64,000 bases of DNA. Origin: an uncultured delta proteobacterium. Its GTDB lineage: Bacteria; Desulfobacterota; Desulfomonilia; UBA1062. Positions 42,001-50,307 of the stretch are shown here, piece after piece. The notes beneath the pieces are model-generated. The model searched no databases, had not been told where the DNA came from, and saw only the letters and a list, made by a program, of their open reading frames with translations. The stretch covers positions 32,001 to 96,000 of the forward strand of contig CAWCTR010000010.1 of the NCBI GenBank assembly GCA_963798485.1, given 5' to 3'. Position numbers and translations under genes: made by a program. The number at the start of each line of letters is the position of its first letter. Position 1 is the first letter of the stretch.

Positions 42001-43791
42001 GGTGTGGTTGTCAGACTACTCGATACGAATGGCGACGGCATTGTGGATGCCATCGATGCCAAAGGGAGTGGTCAGCCCACCGACCTCAATGGTAATGGTG
42101 ATTTTTCAGACGAAGTGGCGGGTCTCCAGCAGAACACATCCAGGTTCCAGGTCGGTAAAACATACTGGCGGGTGGAGATGTCTCACTTCAGCACAATGGA
42201 TTTTAACTTAGCATATCTTGTCCCCAATGATACCCAAGAGCCTAATCCGAAGTATGATCCTCTGCTGCAGGGAGGAGAATACAATAAAGAGAATGTTCAT
42301 CAGTGTTATCAGGTCCCTAATGCAGCATGTTCCGTAGAGGACAGGTCACAGAGCGTACATGAGGACATCCCAGTCCCCGGTACGGATATAAGCCTTCATT
42401 ATGCAAGCAGCAGGGCACAGGGTAACAGGTACACCATCACCGTTCCTGCGAGCGGGGATACGGTATCGTCAAGTCTCTCATATATTAGTGTCCAGATGAG
42501 CATTGCCGGGAAGGTGTATTCCAATACACTAACCGCAGGGCCTAACCGCGTTGCAACATTTGTATGGGACGGGCTGGATGCATGGGGGAACCAGGCCTGT
42601 GGGAGAATTCTGGCAGATATTAAAATAGGTTTCGCTTACCCCGCACACTATGCTTCCATTGCAGAAGCGGTAAACAATCCTTCCCTCATGGTCTTTGGAA
42701 GAAACGGTGGTGGCTCAACCTGGACGCTTGGCTCCGCCACACGTTTGGAGACGATTGTATGGAAACAGTTCAGGATTGTTATTCAGAAGGAATCACTCGA
42801 TAATTCCATTGCACATGGATGGTCGGCCAACATTAACCACCATGTGACGCCATATGATCCGAACATAATTTACAAAGGTGATGGGTCTATTGTGGATAAT
42901 GAGAGTGTGAGGATGATCAGCACCTTTGCAAATTTCTCAAGCAGCCCCGGAAGCATTAGAGATGTTGCATGCGATTCTCAAGGGAATGTTTATGTAGCCC
43001 TTTTAAGCGGATCTTGGGGGCTCTATAAATTTGACAAGAATGGTGTTCGCACTACGTTGGATACAAGACCTATAGCTGCAGTAACGGTTGATAGTCATGA
43101 TAATATCTACTATTCGGTACACCCGGGCCATTGCGTTGGGAACATTTCCACGGACTGCGGGGATATGATTTATAAAATAGGGTCTGATGGAATACCAGCC
43201 TATGTTGCAGGGACGCAATATGGCAACGGGAGTGAATCGGATAATATACCAGCAACACAGGCCTATCTGCCCATCACAAGCCTGGCTGTTGATAAAGATC
43301 AGAACATCTATTTCGGTGCAGCATTCTATAACTACTCAGGTGAGGCAGGACCTCGTGTCCGTAAGATTGATACAAACGGGATTGTTTCAACAGTAGCGGG
43401 AAGCGGCTGGACTTGGATGCATGGTGGAAATTACAATTATCCCGGGCCGGCCCGGGGGATTGATCTTGAAGGTGCTTATGCTGTCACACTTGACGCACAC
43501 GGGAACATATATTTTTCAGGTGGGTCAGCAATTTTCAAGGTGGATACAAGCGGGTGGCTCACCTGTATTGCAGGAGGGAGGTATGCATCATCTTTTAATG
43601 ACGGCATACCTGCAACAAGCGCAATTGTAGGAGCTGCCGGGTTAAAGATTGATGGATCCGGGAACATCTTTTTTTCAGAAACAAGTAGTTATAAGACTGG
43701 AATCATGAAAATTGATTCCAGAGGCATTATATCAACTATAGCAGGCGGTGTTACACCAGGATTTTATCGGAGACGGTGGTCCTGCAATTAA
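39082..43791 (+). CDS. Teneurin-like Rhs protein, N-terminal part (signal/TM, Ig/PKD repeats, carboxypeptidase-like and FN-plug domains, NHL propeller); frameshifted
   Basis: PKD (PVAHAGGPY, WNFGDG); repeated TLTWTS..A Ig modules; PLPGVSV..TDSQGRF; VHEDIPVPGTDISLHYASSR, FVWDGLDAWG, GWSANINHH; NHL repeats. Ends at GVTPGF followed by out-of-frame residues. Confidence 0.88.
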   Translation: MNNTCKRFYSGSLYGLISVSLLCRVLLFLILLNIASIPLINNVAACPPDLKGDVVFDKDRPLGSEITLNSTLFNVSGNPLFYQWCGPFSTVMDPGPIVFLPEGTHAITLFAYEGIQRSGPFTLYFAVDPEYYILPIALKGKVFVGWLPVKDAQQYQLYRAIETTPSSFVKIADLPSSSITYTDPNLRDATYLYVLGALVNGKWTFSHIASAHPFTSLPKLNYPPVIYSQPVIPATVDVPYTYNVLAIDPLPDILTYSLLSSPPGMTINNLTGLIQWMPPAMGDYEVIVKVKDLKNTYMIQTFIVEADELKAPNRPPVAHAGGPYTADVGKAMVFDGSATYDPDGDTLQYAWNFGDGNNGTGVSLSHTYNTVGAHQVTLVVTDGKGGVSTDATTVTVTCQQPMVEFSADPNSLRPGDPCTLVWSSVNAQNVSIDDGIGPVNASGTMTIHPQSTTTYTIMAASPCDSATKSVTVIVNQPPVVTIDASPKSIILGHFATLTWTSANAAAITIDQGIGSVMPNGSLSVSPATATNYTITAQGPGGTATASVEVKVSPPPAPTVSLTANPTSIIQGAFSTLTWTSANADTLSISSGIGPVNPNGSTIVTPTQTTTYTITALGPGGTATSSAAVTVTPANGPPRIDSFTAACGDNPILRGSSTTLSWRCSNVDNVTTVYIEPVGSINISASPLTVSPQVTTAYNLTVSNQWGFASAQVIVKVTVPRTPLPDGSFGKQYEGFIPIDSTVQQYNTNRFSVITGIMQDNTNAPLPGVSVTILGHPEYGTAQTDSQGRFALPVEGGSLMTVVYSRNGFLIVHRNLNVPWNEIAVAETSVMIPRDTAATTITLDGNPQASFVHQSGISSDKDGTRSCTLVFKGDAIATAVDAAGNTTKTLPSTMSVRVTEFTVGPNGNPAMPAELPPQSAYTFCAEFQVDGVERVRFSKPVVAWEDNFLGLPVGTIIPVGYYDRDKGVWVPHANGVVVRLLDTNGDGIVDAIDAKGSGQPTDLNGNGDFSDEVAGLQQNTSRFQVGKTYWRVEMSHFSTMDFNLAYLVPNDTQEPNPKYDPLLQGGEYNKENVHQCYQVPNAACSVEDRSQSVHEDIPVPGTDISLHYASSRAQGNRYTITVPASGDTVSSSLSYISVQMSIAGKVYSNTLTAGPNRVATFVWDGLDAWGNQACGRILADIKIGFAYPAHYASIAEAVNNPSLMVFGRNGGGSTWTLGSATRLETIVWKQFRIVIQKESLDNSIAHGWSANINHHVTPYDPNIIYKGDGSIVDNESVRMISTFANFSSSPGSIRDVACDSQGNVYVALLSGSWGLYKFDKNGVRTTLDTRPIAAVTVDSHDNIYYSVHPGHCVGNISTDCGDMIYKIGSDGIPAYVAGTQYGNGSESDNIPATQAYLPITSLAVDKDQNIYFGAAFYNYSGEAGPRVRKIDTNGIVSTVAGSGWTWMHGGNYNYPGPARGIDLEGAYAVTLDAHGNIYFSGGSAIFKVDTSGWLTCIAGGRYASSFNDGIPATSAIVGAAGLKIDGSGNIFFSETSSYKTGIMKIDSRGIISTIAGGVTPGFYRRRWSCN

Positions 43792-46700
43792 CGCAATGTT
43801 CAATTACCCGGAGGGACTGGATATTGACCCCCTGGGTAATATTTATGTTGCTGATCAGGGCAATTACCGGGTACGGAGGATCACTACCAATACCAGTATC
43901 AGTTTGTTGTTATCCCAAATGACACAGGATGATATCCCTGGAGTCGAAGAGGGGTTGGGTTATATCTTCGACTATGCCGGTTATCATAAAAAGACTCTTG
44001 ATCTGCAGACCGGCTCCCAGCTCTATGCCTTCGGGTATGACAGCAACAGGAACCTCACCTCGGTCATTAACCGATTCGCCGAGACAACCACCATCGAGTA
44101 TGCAGGCGGGGTTCCTTCAGCCATAGTCTCATACGACGGCATCAGGACAGCGCTGGCTGTCGATGAGGGACGCAATATCACGGATCTCACTTTCTCCGAC
44201 GGCAATGGGTATCATTTCGATTACAACAACGGTGGCTTCATGACCCGGGAACGAGATCCGAGGGGCAACGATTTTATTCATAACTTTGACGACACAGGCA
44301 AGGTCATGGACGTGACCGACCCTGAAGGAGGCCACTGGGTCTACACGCGGCAGGTCAACCAGGCAACAGGGGAAACGGATTATGCCATAACCTCGGCCGA
44401 GAACAACACAACAACCTATGCAGACACCACTGATTCCGCAGGGTTCCATTCCGTCATCACCGGCCCTGCAGGGGATCAGACGAACTACTTCCAGACCTCA
44501 AGCGGTCTGCATGTGGAGAAGACGTTCTCGTGCGGCATGGGCCTCACGAGCGACTACGGCCTGGATGCGGCATACAAGTTCAAATTCATGAATAAGCTTG
44601 TGGAGAACACGGGCAGTCTCTCCCGTACAACTACCTTTGCCAGGATCTATGCTGACTCAAATTCAGACGGCATACCCAACGACACCAATGCCGACGGCGT
44701 GCCCGACCTCATCACCGAGACCTCGGTGCTGAACAGCAAGACTGCAATACTTGCAACCGACACCATCAACCACACCCATACCCTTACGAGCCCGGAGGGC
44801 AGGGGGACCACGTTCACGTATGACCCTGGCACGCTGCTGACCACCCTGCTGCATGTGCCGGGGCTCATTGACACCTCCTACCAGTATGACAACAGAGGCA
44901 GGCCCGTTGGCGTTACGAGCGGCAGCCGCCCAACGAGTTTTGCGTACAATGACGCGAACGTGAATGACCGGACATCTGCAATCACAGACCCGAGGAATTT
45001 CACCACAATCTATCACTACAACAGCCGCGATCTCCTCTTCCAAGTGGACCGTCCGGATGGCAGCGGCATAAACTTTGACTATGACGCCGACGGCAACATG
45101 ACTGTGCTGAGCAAGCCCGGGCCGACTTTAAGCGCCATGGTTGATCACGACTTCGGCTACAACCGCGTCAACCTGCCGGCATCGTACCAGACCCCGCTGA
45201 ACAACACCTATGCCTACACCTACAACAGGGACAGGCAGCTCTTGGGCATCAGCATGCCTTCGGGAAAACAGATCAGCAACACTTTTGCGTTCGGCCTGCT
45301 CACCCGCGTGCAGGCGCCCGAGGGTAACATAGACATCACGTATTCCTGCCCGTCCAAGATCAGCACCCTGACCAGAGGCGCACAGGGTATTTCTTATGGA
45401 TACAACGGCTCGCTGCTGAGCTCCGAGACCATGAGCGGCTCCCTGAGCCAGAGCCTGAATTACACATACAACAACGACTTTGACATGAGCGCAGTGACCT
45501 ATGCAGGCAGCGCCATGAACCTCACCTATGACAAGGACCGCCTGCTCAAACAGGCAGGCGCATATGCAATCACCCGTGATGCGGGCAACGGCCTGCCCAC
45601 GGCAGTATCCGACGGAACTCTCACCATCGGCCGCACCTTCAATGGCTACGGGGAGCAGGCAAGCCTGTCATTCTCGGCCGGAAGCAGCGGGCATTCATGG
45701 AGCCTCACCTACGATAACACAGGCAGGATAACAGGAAAGACCGAGACCGTGAACGGTACCACGAATACGTATGCCTATGCATACGACTCGCTGGGCAGGC
45801 TCCGCACCGTAACGTTGAACAACAGCGTGGTGGAGGATTACAGCTACGGCAACAATGGTGCCCGGATCTCGGAGATGAATGTGTACAAAGGCATCACAAC
45901 ATCAAGGACCCTGAGCTATTCCAATGACGACCAAGTGATCACCGCTGAAGGATCATCATACGCATACGATGCGGACGGGTTCCTGCATACAAAGACACAG
46001 GGTTCTTCCACAACGACCTACACATATTCCAGCCGTGGTGAGCTGTTGAGGGTTAACCTGCCCGGTGGGACTGTGATAGAATACGACTACGACCCGCTGG
46101 GGCGGAGGATAACGAAGAAGGTCAACGGCTCGATCACCGAGAAATATCTCTGGCAGAGTTCCACTCGTCTCTTTGCTGTGTACAATGGAGATAACACCTT
46201 AAGATACCGTTCCGAGTATGCAGACGGAAGGATGCCTGTAGCCATGACCGACGGCAGCAGCACTCGATACTACCTGAGCTATGACCAGGTGGGGAGCTTG
46301 AGGCTGGTGACGGATACTGCGGGGCATGTGGTGAAGAGGGTGGATTATGACACCTTCGGGTATGTGGTGAATGACACGAATCCATCAATGACCATGCCGT
46401 TTGGATTTGCAGGCGGTCTGTATGACGGTGACACCGGAATCATCCGCTTCGGTGCCCGCGACTATGACCCTGACACCGGGAGATGGACGGCAAAAGACCC
46501 CATCCTCTTCAATGGCGGGGATATGGATCTGTATGGGTATTGTCTCAATGATCCGGTGAACCTGATTGATCCAGTTGGATTATGGAATCTTAGCCTATCA
46601 GTTTACTATGGATATGGTGGGTCTTTAACTCTCGGGCATGATAGTGGAAGGTTTTCCTTAAGGGTAGCCGGTGGCTTTGGTGTTGGAGGTGGAATTAGTT

Positions 46701-46978
46701 TTAAACCAACTGGAAAATTTCCAAAATCTCCCGATGCACCATGTAGTGGACCTCTTGGATTTATTGGCGCAAGCGCTTGGGCAGGTGCCTCATTAGGTCC
46801 CATATCTGGTGGGTATAACTCCTTAGCAGGATTATCAATTTATCAACAAAGCGATGGGCGCCCGGATATGAGTTATATAGAACAGAGTGGACCATATGGA
46901 AGTTTAGTAGGTAAATCAGGCTGGGGGGTCAAATTGGGAGGTGGAATCAATATTGTAGATGTCGGAGTTGCATGGTGA
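43748..46978 (+). CDS. Teneurin-like Rhs protein, C-terminal part (end of NHL, YD shell, Rhs-associated core, toxin tip)
   Basis: Continues ...IGDGGPAINAMFNYPEGL; many YD repeats; PFGFAGGLYD, RFGARDYDP.TGRW..KDP and NDPVNLIDPVGL cleavage motif; ~130-aa Gly-rich tip. Confidence 0.92.
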   Translation: MLHQDFIGDGGPAINAMFNYPEGLDIDPLGNIYVADQGNYRVRRITTNTSISLLLSQMTQDDIPGVEEGLGYIFDYAGYHKKTLDLQTGSQLYAFGYDSNRNLTSVINRFAETTTIEYAGGVPSAIVSYDGIRTALAVDEGRNITDLTFSDGNGYHFDYNNGGFMTRERDPRGNDFIHNFDDTGKVMDVTDPEGGHWVYTRQVNQATGETDYAITSAENNTTTYADTTDSAGFHSVITGPAGDQTNYFQTSSGLHVEKTFSCGMGLTSDYGLDAAYKFKFMNKLVENTGSLSRTTTFARIYADSNSDGIPNDTNADGVPDLITETSVLNSKTAILATDTINHTHTLTSPEGRGTTFTYDPGTLLTTLLHVPGLIDTSYQYDNRGRPVGVTSGSRPTSFAYNDANVNDRTSAITDPRNFTTIYHYNSRDLLFQVDRPDGSGINFDYDADGNMTVLSKPGPTLSAMVDHDFGYNRVNLPASYQTPLNNTYAYTYNRDRQLLGISMPSGKQISNTFAFGLLTRVQAPEGNIDITYSCPSKISTLTRGAQGISYGYNGSLLSSETMSGSLSQSLNYTYNNDFDMSAVTYAGSAMNLTYDKDRLLKQAGAYAITRDAGNGLPTAVSDGTLTIGRTFNGYGEQASLSFSAGSSGHSWSLTYDNTGRITGKTETVNGTTNTYAYAYDSLGRLRTVTLNNSVVEDYSYGNNGARISEMNVYKGITTSRTLSYSNDDQVITAEGSSYAYDADGFLHTKTQGSSTTTYTYSSRGELLRVNLPGGTVIEYDYDPLGRRITKKVNGSITEKYLWQSSTRLFAVYNGDNTLRYRSEYADGRMPVAMTDGSSTRYYLSYDQVGSLRLVTDTAGHVVKRVDYDTFGYVVNDTNPSMTMPFGFAGGLYDGDTGIIRFGARDYDPDTGRWTAKDPILFNGGDMDLYGYCLNDPVNLIDPVGLWNLSLSVYYGYGGSLTLGHDSGRFSLRVAGGFGVGGGISFKPTGKFPKSPDAPCSGPLGFIGASAWAGASLGPISGGYNSLAGLSIYQQSDGRPDMSYIEQSGPYGSLVGKSGWGVKLGGGINIVDVGVAW

Positions 46979-47041
46979 TAGTCTTTTTTGCAGGCCATAA
47001 ACAAGAATTGTATGCTTTCAAGCACGATTATTTTGGAAATG

Positions 47042-47073
47042 AAGAGGTATCCTTTATCTATGAGGATACCTCT
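47042..47073. terminator. Perfect 12-bp hairpin after the Rhs stop
   Basis: AAGAGGTATCCT-N8-AGGATACCTCTT. Confidence 0.55.
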
Positions 47074-47083
47074 TTGTGAAATA

Positions 47084-47368
47084 ATGAGAGCAGAAGAATA
47101 CTCTTTCGTAGACCTTCTAATATTTTTAGGCATAGTTGCCAGCTTTATCATCTTCGGGCAATCCATTGGATGGAGATTGGTGGGTATATATCAGCTCTTC
47201 TTTACATTTAATATTTTTCGAGAAAAAAAGATTGGCTTAGGGTATCTAGGTTTTATTCCGTCTACCTATATTAAAGGATATCTCTCAATATTGCTCGGCT
47301 TAATCAGCTTTTGCATAGCTGTAATGCTGATAATATTTCCGGAAAAGACAGTAATGAGATTGTTCTGA
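47084..47368 (+). CDS. Small membrane protein, candidate immunity protein 1
   Basis: AT-rich, ~3 hydrophobic segments, directly after the Rhs tip. Start is uncertain (the ORF opens at 46988). Confidence 0.55.
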   Translation: MRAEEYSFVDLLIFLGIVASFIIFGQSIGWRLVGIYQLFFTFNIFREKKIGLGYLGFIPSTYIKGYLSILLGLISFCIAVMLIIFPEKTVMRLF

Positions 47369-47396
47369 TTTAAAGCAAGTTAAAGGGGGCTGTAAA

Positions 47397-47771
47397 ATGC
47401 CAACACCATTATTTTATGAAAATGTGGCCGTTAAATTGAAACGATATATACCCTACTTTACAACTTGCTTTGTCATGGGCATCATTTTATGTCTTCTTTC
47501 CGCTGTGTTTATTAAAACCGTTCCAAACGGATTTTTAATTTTTGGAATAGGTATATTACTCATCATTTGGGGCTGGGGTTTATTCCTAGTTTGTAAATGG
47601 TTTAACCCTTCTGCTAGTATCTTCAAAATAGATCAAGATAATCTACAGAGTGATAATAAAATGTTAACGGTATTAAAAGCAGGTGGAAGATGGAGTGCAT
47701 CAATATTTCTAACAATATGGTTTTTATCAACCATTGGTATTCTTTTTTTCATTTTAAGTAGGTTGAGATAG
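47397..47771 (+). CDS. Small membrane protein, candidate immunity protein 2
   Basis: AT-rich, three TM segments, AAGGGGG RBS. Confidence 0.65.
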   Translation: MPTPLFYENVAVKLKRYIPYFTTCFVMGIILCLLSAVFIKTVPNGFLIFGIGILLIIWGWGLFLVCKWFNPSASIFKIDQDNLQSDNKMLTVLKAGGRWSASIFLTIWFLSTIGILFFILSRLR

Positions 47772-47871
47772 AGAAAACCGATAGGGAAAACGAGGGAAGA
47801 AAACGGATTTAGAGACGAATAAAAATAAAGACGTCCGAAGCCTGTATGACGCTCGCCCGCTGTCACGTGTG

Positions 47872-48010
47872 CTGCAAGTTATTTACATAACACAGCTCAG
47901 TTATCGATCCGGCACGGTCATGCCCTGTGCAGGTCAAGGAAGCCGGAGCAAGGAAGCGCACAGGCCACGCCCATGCCGGCCGCTAACCCGTGTTATGCAA
48001 AAAACAGCAG
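47872..48010. repeat. Long imperfect hairpin containing two inverted dif/Xer-like sites
   Basis: CATAACAC/GTGTTATG, GTTATCGATCCGGCACGG/CCATGCCGGCCGCTAAC and CCTGTGC/GCACAGG pair. Confidence 0.7.
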
Positions 48011-48167
48011 CCCCCGCGCCAGCGGGCTTTTGCCCAGTCTCCCGCTCGGTACTTCGTAGCACGCCCGGGGTGCAAACCCCACGCCCTGCGACAATTGCCC
48101 GCCCTACCGCAGCACCTCCGCCCCCTGGGTGCCATGCCACGGCAGGTGCTCCATTGCCCGGGGAAAC

Positions 48168-48240
48168 GGGGTCAGGTCTTGCTTTTTGCTTTTTTATAAA
48201 CTGTGTATGTACCAATAAGCAAAAAACAAGACCTGCCCCC
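48168..48240. repeat. REP/REPIN-like inverted repeat pair
   Basis: GGGGTCAGGTCTTGCTTTTTGCTT ... AAGCAAAAAACAAGACCTGCCCCC (24-bp arms, 2 mismatches). Confidence 0.8.
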
Positions 48241-48250
48241 TCGCTTTCCG

Positions 48251-48603
48251 CAGACGGCATACCCAACGACACCAATGCCGACGGCGTGCCCGACCTCGTC
48301 ACCGAGACTACAGCAGTGAACGGCAAGAGCGCAACCCTTGCAACCGACACCATCAACCACACCCGCACCCTCACGAGTCCTGAAGGCAGGGCGACCACGT
48401 TCATGTATGACCCGGGCACCCTGCTGACCACCCTGCTGCACGTGCCGGGGCTCACTGACACCACCTACCAGTATGACAACAGGGGCAGGCCCGTTGCCGT
48501 TACGAGCGGCAGCCGCACAACGAGCTTAGCGTACAATGACGCGAACGTGAATGACCGGACATCTGCAATCACAGACCCGAGGAATTTCACCACAATCTAT
48601 CAC
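48251..48603 (+). pseudogene. Orphan Rhs core fragment, diverged 353-bp copy of 44664-45016
   Basis: Colinear DNA and protein (DGIPNDTNADGVPDL...DPRNFTTIYH) with scattered substitutions. Confidence 0.92.
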
Positions 48604-48695
48604 GAAGGGAAAAGAAAGGAAAAGGGTGAAAGGAAAAGGAAAGAAAGGAAAAGGGAAAGGAAAAGGGAAAGGAAAAGGGGACGTTTCTATTTTTT
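48604..48695. repeat. Stuttered purine tract ending in the left inverted repeat of the RAYT element
   Basis: Iterated AAAGG/AAAAGGG units, then AAAAGGGGACGTTTCTATTTTT, the reverse complement of 49467-49488. Confidence 0.8.
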
Positions 48696-48802
48696 CTTGG
48701 AAGATGATTTTGTGGTGTATCTTGGCGATGAAATGAACTTGCCAGAAGGACTGATTTCATGGATACATGGGATGATTGTTATGATGTGGAATGGAGGAAG
48801 TT

Positions 48803-49474
48803 ATGCCAAGGAGTCACCGACCTATTCCGCCAGATGGTTGTTTGCACATTATGTGCCGAGGGAACAACAAGCAGCTCATTTTCAATTCTGATGAAGATTT
48901 TCAATATTACTGTGAACAACTCTGTGAATTGAAAGAAGAGAATCAAATAGAAATCTATCATTATTGTTTGATGAGCAATCACGTTCATTTAATAGCGAGA
49001 ATCCGTGCAGGCAGCACATTGCCGAAGTACATGAAGCAAGTAAATTTGAGTTATTTTTATTATTTCAAGAGGCAGCACGCATATAGCGGACATCTATGGC
49101 AGGGCAGGTACAAGAGCTGCATAATAGAGAAGAACAATTATCTATTACAATGTGGCAAGTACATAGAGCTGAATCCAGTAAGGGCAGGGATTGTAGAATC
49201 ACCAGAGCAGTATAAGTATTCATCCTTCGAGTATTACTCAAAGGGGACCCCAGATAAACTATTAATAGAGAACCCTTTGTATCGAGAGCTTGGATCAACG
49301 GAAAAGAGGAGAAGAGAAGTATATATAGATTTTGTTTTGCCGGAAAGTATCAAAATCCGGTTAGGGATGGAGAGATTTATTGGGACAGGAGGTTTTATCC
49401 AAATGAATGAGGCAGGGTTTCACCTTAAAAATACAAGACTCAGACGAGGACGCCCTCGGAAGGAGGAAAAATAG
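48803..49474 (+). mobile_element. REP-associated tyrosine transposase (RAYT; Y1/HUH family)
   Basis: HIMCRGNNKQLIF, YCLMSNHVHL (HUH), GHLWQGRY, YIELNPVRAG, YSS and a C-terminal RGRPRK; flanked by 22-bp inverted repeats. Confidence 0.92.
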
Positions 49475-49506
49475 AAACGTCCCCTTTTTCTTTCCCTTTT
49501 TCTTTC

Positions 49507-49970
49507 CATGAAGCAAGTAAATTTGAGTTATTTTTATTATTTCAAGAGGCAGCACTCATATAGCGGACATCTATGGCAGGGCAGGTACAAGAGCTGCATA
49601 ATAGAGAAGAACAATTATCTATTACAATGTGGCAAGTACATAGAGCTGAATCCAGTAAGGGCAGGGATTGTAGAATCACCAGAGCAGTATAAGTATTCAT
49701 CCTTCGAGTATTACTCAAAGGGGACCCCGGATAAACTATTAATAGAGAACCCTTTGTATCGAGAGCTTGGATCAACGGAAAAGAGGAGAAGAGAAATATA
49801 TATAGATTTTGTTTTGCCGGAAAATATCAAAATCCGGTTAGGGATGGAGAGATTTATTGGGACAGGAGGTTTTATCCAAATGAATGAGGCAGGGTTTCAC
49901 CTTAAAAATACAAGACTCAGACGAGGACGCCCTCGGAAGGAGGAAAAATAGAAACGTCCCCTTTTTCTTT
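49507..49970 (+). pseudogene. Tandem near-identical duplication of the RAYT 3' part plus its right inverted repeat
   Basis: 477-bp period copy of 49030-49493. ORF 49508-49951 lacks the HUH motif and differs by a few substitutions (e.g. A>S, V>I, S>N). Confidence 0.9.
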
Positions 49971-50307
49971 CGTATCATTACATTAGCTACAAAACGTTGT
50001 AAAGATCTAAATGATATCATTAGATATAAAAGTAATTTTAAGTTAATAAACCTAAGATTTTTTGTGCCAACTCCTAAAACTAAGTTTGGATAATACGCAC
50101 CATAGATTATAACTCAAAATCATCACAATACTTATTGTGAATATTCCTGCGATAACTCATCAATCCTATCTTCAGGAGATCAATCGTTGATTTCAGGTTG
50201 AAATCTTCAGTAATCCAATAACATTCGCGGATCGTTCGCGCGGCACTTGTATAGCATGGCATAGCAAGATACTGAACAGATTCAAATCCTATGCGATCTA
50301 CCATAAC

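Noticed and set aside
44664-48603. Diversity-generating retroelement (TR/VR pair) explanation for the 353-bp Rhs duplication
   Set aside because: Mismatches are not adenine-specific (many C/T and G/C changes) and no reverse transcriptase gene is present.
47869-48891. 340-aa ORF spanning the hairpin, Rhs fragment and purine tract
   Set aside because: Chimeric read-through across repeats; only 48251-48603 is protein-derived.
49971-50304. AT-rich stretch with short ORFs after the RAYT duplication
   Set aside because: Likely a foreign gene remnant, but no recognisable motif or convincing start.
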